A stretch of DNA of 64,000 nucleotides from Klebsiella phage N1M2. The translations under genes and the position numbers were made by a program. The notes beneath the pieces are model-generated. The model saw only the letters and a program-made list of their open reading frames with translations. It searched no databases and had not been told where the DNA came from. The DNA lies in the sequence record MN642089.1. One strand, written 5' to 3'. This document shows, piece by piece, positions 54,603 through 64,000 of this stretch. Every line of letters starts with the position of its first letter. Position 1 is the stretch's first letter.

Positions 54603-56340
54603 ATGCTGCTTTCTTAGCTTCATTAATGAATGGGATTACAGACTCTTCATAGAAAGAGTTAATCTCAGTCAGTTGAGGCATACCGTAAATGGTATTACAC
54701 AAAGTCACCGCATTAGCAATTGGGGACGAAGCGTAGTTAACACCGACACGACGGAACTCGAAACGATCCAGACCTTCAATTTCACATACTTCCAACTTAG
54801 TTGTTTTGTTGGATACGTTAAGTGAAACTGTAATGTGAGGATATGCGCCCGTTACGTCGATATCATCCGTGTCGCCACGACCACGTGAACGCCATGAAGG
54901 AAGACCAGCATAGATTGGTTTACCTTTATCTTCATTAAGCTCAGCATGGAGCAGAGCGATCCAGTCACGAAGATCTGGCTTGATATCTTTCCAAATATCT
55001 TCTTTCTTACGGCCAACTGTTCCCCAAACATAACCATGTTCCAAAGCAATGAAAGATAACTTATCAGAAATCATTGATGGTTGTGATTGGTATGAACGAA
55101 GTTCAGAAGAAGTAATCAGAGAAGGCAATGACAGAGAGTAGTCATTAGTTACTCGGTTAAGATCTTCAATTACCCAGTTATCTCGAATGTTATACATTGC
55201 GTAGATATAAGGGAATTTCTTCTGCATGAATTTGTGCCATTCGGTAGAACCAGCTTGCAAGTGATCTGCTTCAGGAGTATATAACTTACCTTCTACCCCT
55301 TCAGCTTTAGCCGTGTTCTGTAACGAGTAAGATTCCTTCTTACCACCTGGAGCACGTTTAATCGCATAGAAAGACATCCCATCAAACCACTGCCACTTAG
55401 CAGGTGCCTGAAGAACAGGGAAACGTTCTTGAGGTTCTAGTGGCGATTTGGAACCATCAACCTTAGTTTTAAACTCACGACCTTTAAAATAGAAATAATC
55501 GCGATAAGGTTTAGGAACTTCTGGATCACTATATACGTCGGCTAAATCATAACCTTCATTAGTTAATGAATCTTCATTAGCTTGCATATCAAAGTTTGCG
55601 TTCCAGCTAACGACATAGTCTGGACCGATACGGTGAAATGCTTGAATGTTGTTATAAACAACTTGACCTGGAGTATCATAAAGTTCAAATACAATTTTGA
55701 CCTTATGTTTTTCCATGTACTCTTTCAAGTGTACTTCAGCTGCTTCATTCAGTTTACGCAGAATAGTCGCATCATCTTCCCCAGGGAAGAAGCTACGTAG
55801 GCCAGCCCAATATACTGTATCTCCACAGGTAATGGAAGCCATGTTGACACAACCGGTTGAACCATCATTATTGATATACGTTTCAACGTCGTATGCTGCT
55901 ACTTTATAAGCTTCCTGTGGTTGGTAATCAGGATACTTTTTATAGAAGCGTTCTTTAAAGATAACCGGAACACTTTCCTGACAACCAAATACATAAGGGC
56001 TGTTCTTTAATTCGCCCAGTTGAGCTTTACGATCTGGACGACCATAAAGACATTTACTAATTTGAACTGCCAAACGTGATTCATTAGAGCTATGCTTATC
56101 GCATTTAGCGATTTCAATGTAATCTCGTTTATCCTGGAATGTTTGATATTTCTTTTTGACGATATAGAAGTCTCGTTTAAAGTTTTCAATCTTAACTAAT
56201 CGATCTTCACGAGTACCGTCTTTACGAATGTTGGTTATCTTGGCAGTAAGTAAATCGTTACCGTCCATAAATTTGTTGAACGATAAGTATGCATGTTTAC
56301 AAACACGCCCAACAATTGGATTGTCAGTTTGATCTGTCAT
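54601..56340 (-). CDS. family B DNA polymerase, N-terminal fragment (3'-5' exonuclease plus palm motifs A and B), split gene
   Basis: Exo I AAYDVETY (DxE); Exo II VVSWNANFDMQA; Exo III YAMYNIRDN (Y-x3-D); motif A DIDVTGAYPH (DxxSLYPS); motif B CNTIYGM (NSxYG); no motif C in this ORF. Confidence 0.65.
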   Translation of the reverse strand: MTDQTDNPIVGRVCKHAYLSFNKFMDGNDLLTAKITNIRKDGTREDRLVKIENFKRDFYIVKKKYQTFQDKRDYIEIAKCDKHSSNESRLAVQISKCLYGRPDRKAQLGELKNSPYVFGCQESVPVIFKERFYKKYPDYQPQEAYKVAAYDVETYINNDGSTGCVNMASITCGDTVYWAGLRSFFPGEDDATILRKLNEAAEVHLKEYMEKHKVKIVFELYDTPGQVVYNNIQAFHRIGPDYVVSWNANFDMQANEDSLTNEGYDLADVYSDPEVPKPYRDYFYFKGREFKTKVDGSKSPLEPQERFPVLQAPAKWQWFDGMSFYAIKRAPGGKKESYSLQNTAKAEGVEGKLYTPEADHLQAGSTEWHKFMQKKFPYIYAMYNIRDNWVIEDLNRVTNDYSLSLPSLITSSELRSYQSQPSMISDKLSFIALEHGYVWGTVGRKKEDIWKDIKPDLRDWIALLHAELNEDKGKPIYAGLPSWRSRGRGDTDDIDVTGAYPHITVSLNVSNKTTKLEVCEIEGLDRFEFRRVGVNYASSPIANAVTLCNTIYGMPQLTEINSFYEESVIPFINEAKKAA

Positions 56341-56428
56341 TTTAATTACCCGAATGTTATGACGTCTTGAGTTGAATTTTCTACATTATTCATCTCGCCC
56401 TTTTAAATTACTCCGGAGTTTTACTCAT

Positions 56429-57772
56429 ATGTTAGGAATCGACTTCCTCCAACCGCCACGGCCGATCACCGTAGCAGGCGTGGAGTTTATGGATTATCAG
56501 GATCCTAAGTGCTACCTTGAATTGGTAGACATCTTTAACAAAACACTTGTCGATGAAGTTGTTGATGAAGCAACTCACGTAACCTTTCAGGGCGGTATTG
56601 AAGCACTGAGAAGTATTGAAGATATTATCTTTAATCAATTCGGCATTAAAGTAAGTTTACACGCACCTTCAGACAGAACGGGTAACGTTGCTGTTGAATC
56701 TGGTTGGTTCTCTCCTAACCATGTATTCAACAATAAAGGTCTGGATGGTGTACTGAAATCTTCAGATAGTAATATTGGTCGTGCATTCCGTCGTCTTAAA
56801 ACCGACGTACTTCGTGGATGGGTCGATACCTCTAAAGGTAAAGTCGGTGGGGACTATAGTAAAATAGAATTCCCGATGTACATTGGTCGCTATATCGATT
56901 CCTTCTTAAAAGCTGGTATGCTTGCTCGATACAATATTACCATGAGTGAAGCACTTGCCTCTTTCATTCTGCATGAAGTAGGTCATATCTTCACTTCCTT
57001 CCTGTTCATTACCCGGAACATTATCGACACCATCATGCCGACAATTGCTGCCCGCATGATCACCGAAGGTAATATCTACGGTAAAGAGCGTTCTGCTATT
57101 GTTCATCAAACACTGACCGAACTTGAATGTTCTACCAGACCTACTGTTGAAGAACTCGACAGAATGGGTGGCCAGGAAATTATCGTGATGTTTGATAAAG
57201 CTATCAATACACGCGATCAACGCCGTACTCTTTCTTTAGGTGCCACTGACCGTGGTGCAGAGATTTATGCTGACCTCTTTGCTGTGCGTTGCGGTGTTCC
57301 AAAAGCATTGGTTGCTGCATTGATTAGTTCTGATGCAGGTGACTTCCTGAAAAGACTGAGTACCACAGCTGTTGGGGTTACTGTTCTTACTGCTATGGCG
57401 GCTATGCCAATTCTGGCTGGTATGTCTGCAGCTATCGGTGTATTCTCAGGTTTGCTGAACGTCCATATGTTACTTAACCCTAACGATCTGTATGATTCCC
57501 CATACCGTCGTGTTAAGAACCTGTTACGCGATCAGATCATCAGACTTAATACTGATAAGTCTTTAGACAATCGTACTAAAGCCCAAATGCTCAAAGATAC
57601 AAAAGAACTTGAGCAAATGGTCTCTGAAGCAAAACCTTTCTTTGAAGGTACTGCTGTTCAACGTCTGATCGGTTGGATTTTCTCCGGTAGTGATTTCAAA
57701 GCTTCTGAGTTTGAGCATTACACTGATGAATTAGTTGCCCATTCTCTGTCTGTTTATAAAGATGCCTTTTAA
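56429..57772 (+). CDS. putative zinc metallopeptidase (HExxH) with C-terminal membrane helices
   Basis: ATG at 56429 (track 56372 is a TTG); HEVGH motif within SFILHEVGHIFTS; hydrophobic stretch TAVGVTVLTAMAAMPILAGMSAAIGVFSGLL. Confidence 0.45.
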   Translation: MLGIDFLQPPRPITVAGVEFMDYQDPKCYLELVDIFNKTLVDEVVDEATHVTFQGGIEALRSIEDIIFNQFGIKVSLHAPSDRTGNVAVESGWFSPNHVFNNKGLDGVLKSSDSNIGRAFRRLKTDVLRGWVDTSKGKVGGDYSKIEFPMYIGRYIDSFLKAGMLARYNITMSEALASFILHEVGHIFTSFLFITRNIIDTIMPTIAARMITEGNIYGKERSAIVHQTLTELECSTRPTVEELDRMGGQEIIVMFDKAINTRDQRRTLSLGATDRGAEIYADLFAVRCGVPKALVAALISSDAGDFLKRLSTTAVGVTVLTAMAAMPILAGMSAAIGVFSGLLNVHMLLNPNDLYDSPYRRVKNLLRDQIIRLNTDKSLDNRTKAQMLKDTKELEQMVSEAKPFFEGTAVQRLIGWIFSGSDFKASEFEHYTDELVAHSLSVYKDAF

Positions 57773-57781
57773 GGATTTAAC

Positions 57782-58216
57782 ATGAGCCATTTAGCCCATA
57801 TCGTAAAACTGAAACAAAACCTGATTGCAGAAGGTGTGACCAATCCAGAAATTCAGATTGCCATTGCACGTACTGCTTACGTTAAAGCTCTGATCACTGT
57901 CAATACTGCTAATAAACTGGATGAAGAAAAATGCATCGAGTTTAACCGCTATGTATTGAGCTACTGGAATGAGACAACTCCGGTAAACGGTCTCCTGGTT
58001 ATGAAAACTATTGGTGACTTCTTCCGTAACCTGGAAAACTTCCTGGAACACACTTTCACTGATTGTGTGTTGAACATTCAGATCGTTCCTTATGTAGAGA
58101 ACCCAGCTGACCTGGAGTATACCAAACTGGAAACTTATCAGTCTCTGGTACAGCAGTTGGTTGATGAAGCTAACTACAAGCTTCCTCAGTTCATGGAAAC
58201 CGAGCAGATCGTCTAA
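57782..58216 (+). CDS. hypothetical protein
   Basis: 144 aa; host-like codon bias. Confidence 0.5.
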   Translation: MSHLAHIVKLKQNLIAEGVTNPEIQIAIARTAYVKALITVNTANKLDEEKCIEFNRYVLSYWNETTPVNGLLVMKTIGDFFRNLENFLEHTFTDCVLNIQIVPYVENPADLEYTKLETYQSLVQQLVDEANYKLPQFMETEQIV

Positions 58217-58230
58217 TATAAGGAATCATC

Positions 58231-59811
58231 ATGTCTGAAGTTAAACAAGTTAAAGATGATGATTCTGTTGAGCTGGGGACTGTTCTCCAGCTTGCTCCAC
58301 ATACTCCGACTAATAAAGTAGACTCTATTACTCGTGGTAAAGATGGTGAAGAATACATCTCTCTGGATGACGTTTATTCTACTACTGGTCAGGAGTCTTT
58401 CCAGCAAGTAGTTGATAACTGCCGTGCATACATCAAAAACAAACGACTGCACCGTTCAGGGTTTGAAGCTCTCCGTATTTCTGGTGTTGAAGGCTTAGTC
58501 CCAGGTTACGATCGCCTTAATGCCATTCGTGGTGGTGAATCATTTATTGATAGTCTGAAGAAAGGTTTTGTCACTATCATTAAAGCGGTTAAGCGTTTCT
58601 GTCTTGCTGTTATCGATTGGATCATTCTCCGTATCCGTACTCTTCTTGGGTTTGAGAAGACCGAGAAAGAATTAGCTATCGTAGCTGAGTACTCTGATTC
58701 AGTGAAAGCTAAGATCGGTAAACTGTTGGCACTGATGGCCAATGAAGATGGTGTCTCTCTTGACGTTAATGAACTGTTCTCTGGGTTACCTGATAACGTA
58801 AGTAACCAAGATGCTTTCACCATCATTCAGCACAAGAACCGTAATGCCTTAGAACAATCTCAAGCTTTAGTTGGTCTAACTAAAGATCTGGATAAAGCAG
58901 AAGAGATTATTCTGGCAGCTGGCCAGCGTGCTCGTAGTTCTGCTAGCCGTTATCAAATGGCTACTCGTAAACTCGAACAAGCCTTCAAGAACAAAGACAG
59001 CTTTAACGAGTCTGACATTCTTGAATATCGCCATGCCCTGGATCGTGAGATTCTGGAAGAGTTGGATGCGAAACCTCTGACTGACATGGTTAGTGATATT
59101 GTCAGTAAAGCATGGGGTATTGACCTCGGTGATATCGGTATTGAAAGTAACTTTAAGGCAAGCATGGAGAAAAACCGTGAAGCCATCCAAGCTACTGTCA
59201 AAGTCCGACTGAATGAAGAGTTCTACGAAGAGTATCGGAAGATCTCTAGTCAGCTCTCTAGAGTTCTGATGAGTGCTTCTAAACGTCGTTATGATGCTAA
59301 TCAGTTAGCTAATCTGAAATCTCTCATTGAAGTTAAAGATGCTGAACTGATTCAGGCTATTGATGCGTTTGCACCAGGGTCAGGTATTCTTACTGCTACC
59401 TATTCCACTTATTCTGGTTTGATCACTCGTTACATCAGTCAGCTTGAATATCTGGTTACACTAGTTTCTCAGATTCGTCGTTCTATTGCAGGTATCGTCA
59501 ACTGGTCTAATAAAGTTGATAAACTGATGTTGGCTTATATTAGTCGCGATATCAAAAATATCCTGGAAACTGAATCAGAGGTTCTCCCTCCAGCAGGTAT
59601 TGATGCTGTTCGTGCTGAAGATAGTGGTGAACGTAAACGTTCAACTCTGGATATCGATTATGATGCTTTGTTCATTAACAAGCATCCTAAACTCTCAGGT
59701 ATTCTGGAAGCATGGCGTGGTCAGACAATGAACTTCCGTAAGAAGAACATTGGGATCATCAATACCATCAACGAAGAACTGAAAAAGATCGGTATCACAA
59801 GAGGCATTTAA
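58231..59811 (+). CDS. hypothetical protein (526 aa)
   Basis: long ORF with GGAATCATC ATG context; helical, charged composition. Confidence 0.55.
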   Translation: MSEVKQVKDDDSVELGTVLQLAPHTPTNKVDSITRGKDGEEYISLDDVYSTTGQESFQQVVDNCRAYIKNKRLHRSGFEALRISGVEGLVPGYDRLNAIRGGESFIDSLKKGFVTIIKAVKRFCLAVIDWIILRIRTLLGFEKTEKELAIVAEYSDSVKAKIGKLLALMANEDGVSLDVNELFSGLPDNVSNQDAFTIIQHKNRNALEQSQALVGLTKDLDKAEEIILAAGQRARSSASRYQMATRKLEQAFKNKDSFNESDILEYRHALDREILEELDAKPLTDMVSDIVSKAWGIDLGDIGIESNFKASMEKNREAIQATVKVRLNEEFYEEYRKISSQLSRVLMSASKRRYDANQLANLKSLIEVKDAELIQAIDAFAPGSGILTATYSTYSGLITRYISQLEYLVTLVSQIRRSIAGIVNWSNKVDKLMLAYISRDIKNILETESEVLPPAGIDAVRAEDSGERKRSTLDIDYDALFINKHPKLSGILEAWRGQTMNFRKKNIGIINTINEELKKIGITRGI

Positions 59812-59812
59812 A

Positions 59813-60466
59813 ATGCAGAAAGAAGAAATTATTGCGCTTCTTGACCAACTGTATCTCGACCAAGAGAAATATAATAAATTCACTGATTATGTAAGTGACT
59901 TTGTTTCTCAACCACGTTGTAAGAAAGGGATCATCTCCTTCATTGAAGATATCTTTAACTTACCTGAGATCGCTGGCAAGAACCAACTCGCTATTCAATT
60001 GTTGTCTTCCAAGACTACTGGTAACTCCTTAAAAGCAGCTGACTTTATTTTCAGTCATCCTGTTACTAAGGGATATAATAAAGCATTGGTTGATGCTCGT
60101 TTAATGATCATGACCAAGATCGCTGAATATATCCTGGAGATGTCGAAACGTATTCAGGAGACGACTCTCGAAGATCGCCCAGAGCGTCAGGTGTATCTAC
60201 GCCGTGCAGTTGCACGTCTGATCACTGCTACCAGTTATAGTCTGCAGACTTCGATTACTGCTGAACAGTGGGCTGAAGTTGAACCATACAAATGGACCAA
60301 CTACCTTACCACCACACTGGAAGAATTAACCGACGCTATTAAAAATGAAAAGCGTATTGTTGAATGGTCCGACACCACCTATGCTGGTATGGAACTTGAC
60401 AACCTTCACGTTATTCGTTCACTTAGCTCGTATCTGGATTACCTGGAAACCTTCTTAGTGTTCTAA
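59813..60466 (+). CDS. hypothetical protein
   Basis: 217 aa; start 2 nt after the upstream stop. Confidence 0.5.
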   Translation: MQKEEIIALLDQLYLDQEKYNKFTDYVSDFVSQPRCKKGIISFIEDIFNLPEIAGKNQLAIQLLSSKTTGNSLKAADFIFSHPVTKGYNKALVDARLMIMTKIAEYILEMSKRIQETTLEDRPERQVYLRRAVARLITATSYSLQTSITAEQWAEVEPYKWTNYLTTTLEELTDAIKNEKRIVEWSDTTYAGMELDNLHVIRSLSSYLDYLETFLVF

Positions 60467-60477
60467 ACAAACATACT

Positions 60478-60509
60478 CCCTACCCTTCCTTACGGAGGGG
60501 TAGGGGGAT
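60478..60509. terminator. bidirectional terminator (CCCTACCC-TCC stem family)
   Basis: CTCCCTACCCTTCC-ttac-GGAGGGGTAGGGGG then ATATG. Confidence 0.7.
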
Positions 60510-60513
60510 ATGA

Positions 60514-63501
60514 TTAGTTCATGTTTTCAGGCATGTGACGTTTGAACTGAATATCGATATCTTCTTTAATAGAGAGATAACGGTCAGCAGTTTGGTCAAT
60601 AACTTTACGTACAGAGAAACCGTTAGTGGTATCAACGTTAGTGATAATATCAATTGGGGAAGTACCCGCAGAAGAAGTTACTTTAACATCAATAACATCA
60701 CTACCACCTGCAGTCTTAAGTTCAGTAATAGCTTCACTGACACTAACTGTATCATTACGCAGTATAGTGTTAAGAATGCGATGAGTTGCAATAACCAGGT
60801 TATCTTTAAGGTTCTGGTTACGCAGACCTTCTCTGGTAAGCGAGTATACAACAGTAAATGACAGATCCGTTTTGAGCATACGTTCGATTGCTTCGTTGAT
60901 AACGCAACGAGTATAACCCATAGTAGAACGTGGTTTGAATACTAGACGAGTTTCATCCAAGGTAATCTTGTTGAATTCATCCAACTGAGAGATGACTTCA
61001 TCAACAAAGAAGTCATCAATACGGTCCATGTAGTCAGTATCGTATTCATCCTGAGAAACCATGTAGTTAAAGTCGAAACCGATGAAGTCGAAGTAATACA
61101 ACATCTTGCGTGGTTCCAACATGACAGGGTTACCCAAGTCATCATAAACTGTTTGACCCTTAGTAAACTTCCATACCGGTTTGCCATCAGGAGTGAAGCG
61201 TTGTTCACCTTTCTTATGGAGAATGATTGGAAGATTAGTTTTAGGATCAATAACCAATTGCTGCATTGGTTTGCCGTTCACAATCACAGTTTCATACTTG
61301 TATTCTGTTTCTTCATATACAGAAGGAACGTTGGTAGTATATTTCTTATACTGAGCCAAACCAGTGATTGGACGAATACGAGTATAAAGAGATTTCAACT
61401 GACGTCCAAATTCAAGCACGTAATCAGTTTCAATCATGGAGATCGTTGTTGACTTAAACAGAGACTGATCGATCTTCATATCAGAAGCTGATTTCAGCTC
61501 TAAGTTTTTACCGCTATAAGTAAAGATAAAGTTAGCAGTAGTTCCCAGATCAACATAGGTCTTTTCTTGTTCACGACCAAACTGGTTAAATCCACCCAGA
61601 TCAATCTGATCGTTGGAGTCGACATCAAACCGAGTAGGCAATGTGAATTTAAAGATACGTTCACCGTCTTTTGTTTTGCCCATGTATTGCGCACGGGTAG
61701 TTGCTGGTGACGTTGTACCGGTTGGTGTCAAGCTAAGCTGAATACCCAATTGGTTATCTGGGATATTCTTATACGCATCACTAGACTGGGTTCTGATTTC
61801 AATCTCGTAAGCCGTATCAGTGGCTTTAACATTAATAGCACCCACCCCTACCTGAACACCCAAATTAACGTTTTCAAAACGGAAGGTCTGATAACGAATG
61901 TTAGGTTTAGACAGTCGATAGATGCGACAAGCCACTCGATCCTGAGTTGTGTCGATAACATATGCAAATGGGTTATAACACATTGTCTTATTTGCCAAGG
62001 CGTCGATCTTACCTTGGTTAGACATATTCATTAATGTATTATAATCATTCTTAACAACCAGGAATGGTGTTTGGTTAGTGATATCAAAAACAGAACGCGC
62101 TAACAAAGTCACACGTTTACCGTTATCAATACCCCAGCCAGTACCAATCATATTTTCAAGAGAGGTAGTTAAAGAACCCACATGTGTGCCGATAGAACTG
62201 TTAAAGCGAGCTACTGTATCATCCTGGTACAGTTTATCATCTTGCAGAGGTAAGTTCTTGGTAACGCGATACAGACGACTAGTGACCTGGTCAATTGACT
62301 TAACAGACGAATAACCATTTTCCAGCAAGAACTGGGAAACGTCAGAGTTACTCACTGGAATCAAACGACGACGGTGACCATAGATCTGTTGTTCCTTCAA
62401 TTGCGCAAATGGCATTGAGTTACGACCACCGGTAATAGGTTCAAGCGAATCAATCAACACATCGTTAATAGAACGGAATGGAGCTTCATACTGATTCAGC
62501 TTACCTTTATCGTTATTGTAGTTGTAATACTCGGCACTATGGTACTGAGCTTTCAACGTAGTCAAGTCACGATAGTATTGACCTTTGGTGGTATAAACCA
62601 AAATGGTAATACGACCAATACCGGTCCCATTCTGAACATACACGGATGGAAGAGAAGCAACAAAGCTACCCGTACCCAAATCAGTGGTACCGTTAGTATC
62701 CTGCAGATCAATGGTCAGTGTTGGTTGAATAGGATCATAAATATCGTTATTGAATACGACAGCCATTTCATTGCGAATGTTAGTTCCTTCAGGTGTTATA
62801 AAGGCACGTACCGCATAAAGGCTATCTGAGAACTGAACTTGTTCACGGAAACCAGAAGACTGGTTGACCGGGCGGTTAGGTAGTTCAGTAATTTCCAATT
62901 GACGGAGAGGCAGATGAATAGAGAGATATTGACGACGATCAATATTCAAGTAATCAACATCTGGTGTATTGGAGCTTAAAGGGTTCAAAGGAGATTGGCG
63001 AGCAACGTCATAAACAACCTGATATCCACCATGATCCATTACTCGAATCTCAACCGGGTTTTCCAGCAAGAAAGGAATGTCTGCAATAGTGAAGCGAGTA
63101 TCACCTGGGATAACTAATTTACGATAAGAGTTATCAAGATTACCACTTGGTTCATTAAAGCGAACTGAATAACGATCCAGTGATTCTTCACTAATAATGA
63201 AACGAATTGCCGTTTGAGATGGATCAGCAAATACACCATACCAATCTTCATCCGACATTACCTGAGCAAGGTCAGAAATGTTTCTGGCATGTACTGCATA
63301 ACTTCTTGCTTCAGAATCACCCAGTCTCGAAATGAAACCAAAGTTAGTTCCAACTACCAGATCGACCATATAGCTAAATGGATGACCTGAACCATTAAGA
63401 GTACCAAAACCCTGATCGAACGATGCTTCAATATCGTTAAAGATAGTTGAGATTGCACGAGCAGGGTTATTGGCTGTACGATTTAACTCATCGAAATCCA
63501 T
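60514..63501 (-). CDS. large hypothetical protein (995 aa), possibly virion structural
   Basis: long minus-strand ORF; Thr/Ser/Asn/Gly-rich beta-like composition; no enzymatic motif seen. Confidence 0.5.
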   Translation of the reverse strand: MDFDELNRTANNPARAISTIFNDIEASFDQGFGTLNGSGHPFSYMVDLVVGTNFGFISRLGDSEARSYAVHARNISDLAQVMSDEDWYGVFADPSQTAIRFIISEESLDRYSVRFNEPSGNLDNSYRKLVIPGDTRFTIADIPFLLENPVEIRVMDHGGYQVVYDVARQSPLNPLSSNTPDVDYLNIDRRQYLSIHLPLRQLEITELPNRPVNQSSGFREQVQFSDSLYAVRAFITPEGTNIRNEMAVVFNNDIYDPIQPTLTIDLQDTNGTTDLGTGSFVASLPSVYVQNGTGIGRITILVYTTKGQYYRDLTTLKAQYHSAEYYNYNNDKGKLNQYEAPFRSINDVLIDSLEPITGGRNSMPFAQLKEQQIYGHRRRLIPVSNSDVSQFLLENGYSSVKSIDQVTSRLYRVTKNLPLQDDKLYQDDTVARFNSSIGTHVGSLTTSLENMIGTGWGIDNGKRVTLLARSVFDITNQTPFLVVKNDYNTLMNMSNQGKIDALANKTMCYNPFAYVIDTTQDRVACRIYRLSKPNIRYQTFRFENVNLGVQVGVGAINVKATDTAYEIEIRTQSSDAYKNIPDNQLGIQLSLTPTGTTSPATTRAQYMGKTKDGERIFKFTLPTRFDVDSNDQIDLGGFNQFGREQEKTYVDLGTTANFIFTYSGKNLELKSASDMKIDQSLFKSTTISMIETDYVLEFGRQLKSLYTRIRPITGLAQYKKYTTNVPSVYEETEYKYETVIVNGKPMQQLVIDPKTNLPIILHKKGEQRFTPDGKPVWKFTKGQTVYDDLGNPVMLEPRKMLYYFDFIGFDFNYMVSQDEYDTDYMDRIDDFFVDEVISQLDEFNKITLDETRLVFKPRSTMGYTRCVINEAIERMLKTDLSFTVVYSLTREGLRNQNLKDNLVIATHRILNTILRNDTVSVSEAITELKTAGGSDVIDVKVTSSAGTSPIDIITNVDTTNGFSVRKVIDQTADRYLSIKEDIDIQFKRHMPENMN

Positions 63502-63509
63502 AATTTACC

Positions 63510-63959
63510 TTACGCTGTTTTAGGGACCCACCAGGTCAGCTTGATACCAGTACGTAGTGCAGTCCTACCACCTTCACCCTTTACTTCACCTTGGCGTGGG
63601 AGTAATAAAGGATAAGCTCCATAGTTGTAGGGGATGTACTCCTTGGCATTCAGCTCACGGAAATACGTATTTCGCATTTCTGGTCTGAGTCTTGGGTTAT
63701 ACATAAATGAATGTTCATTGAAGGACTGGATTAGTCCCCACTCATCAAATCTCATACCCACTGAAGCGAACTGGATGGTAAAGTCATCCTGACCTTCACC
63801 ACGCAAAGTGTTGGAGGTATTATCGATATCAGCAATGGAACCTGCTGGATAAGTAACAGGTATGGATTGAACGGTGGCAAAGATATGTTCCAGATACTCA
63901 GTATCTTTGTTCATTATCAAGTGATAGATACGACAGTCATAATCTATACGGTTAGACAT
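63510..63959 (-). CDS. hypothetical protein (149 aa)
   Basis: minus-strand ORF immediately upstream of the 995-aa gene; ATG (revcomp) at 63959. Confidence 0.5.
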   Translation of the reverse strand: MSNRIDYDCRIYHLIMNKDTEYLEHIFATVQSIPVTYPAGSIADIDNTSNTLRGEGQDDFTIQFASVGMRFDEWGLIQSFNEHSFMYNPRLRPEMRNTYFRELNAKEYIPYNYGAYPLLLPRQGEVKGEGGRTALRTGIKLTWWVPKTA

Positions 63960-64000
63960 TAAGTACCAATCTCTAGGTGTTACTTGCCGGTCACCAGAAA

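Noticed and set aside
1-64000. CRISPR array
   Set aside because: No series of regularly spaced direct repeats seen; the repeated elements found are single-copy promoter or terminator motifs at gene boundaries

Overview
The window reads as part of a nucleus-forming jumbo phage (Chimalliviridae-like) genome with enterobacterial-style codon usage, not a bacterial chromosome. Support: a tubulin-like PhuZ gene (GGTGASMGP signature, acidic C-tail); an abundant ~638-aa chimallin-like gene about 7 kb downstream; and a split multisubunit RNA polymerase (beta-prime N-terminus with zinc finger and GADFDGDQM; beta C-terminus; beta-prime C-terminus with bridge-helix and trigger-loop motifs; candidate beta N-terminal pieces on the minus strand). 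Also present: a family B DNA polymerase split into two distant genes (exonuclease plus motifs A and B at 54.6-56.3 kb on the minus strand; motif C DTDS fragment at 18.1-20.2 kb on the plus strand), an SF2 helicase, an SbcD/Mre11-like phosphoesterase, a protein whose C-terminus mimics the bacterial SSB tail, a free-standing HNH homing endonuclease, and an HExxH putative membrane metallopeptidase. Coding is dense and mostly plus strand until about 47 kb. Most genes end in clear rho-independent hairpins, and many of these are followed directly by TATG (phiKZ-type late-promoter core). A separate conserved AT-rich motif (core ATATTATTA then TGTATAA) recurs at least 8 times upstream of genes, including the chimallin-like and RNAP genes; it is a candidate early promoter. 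No tRNA, rRNA or CRISPR array was seen. Most remaining ORFs are hypothetical. Start codons were adjusted where the ORF track used GTG/TTG extensions running into terminators.
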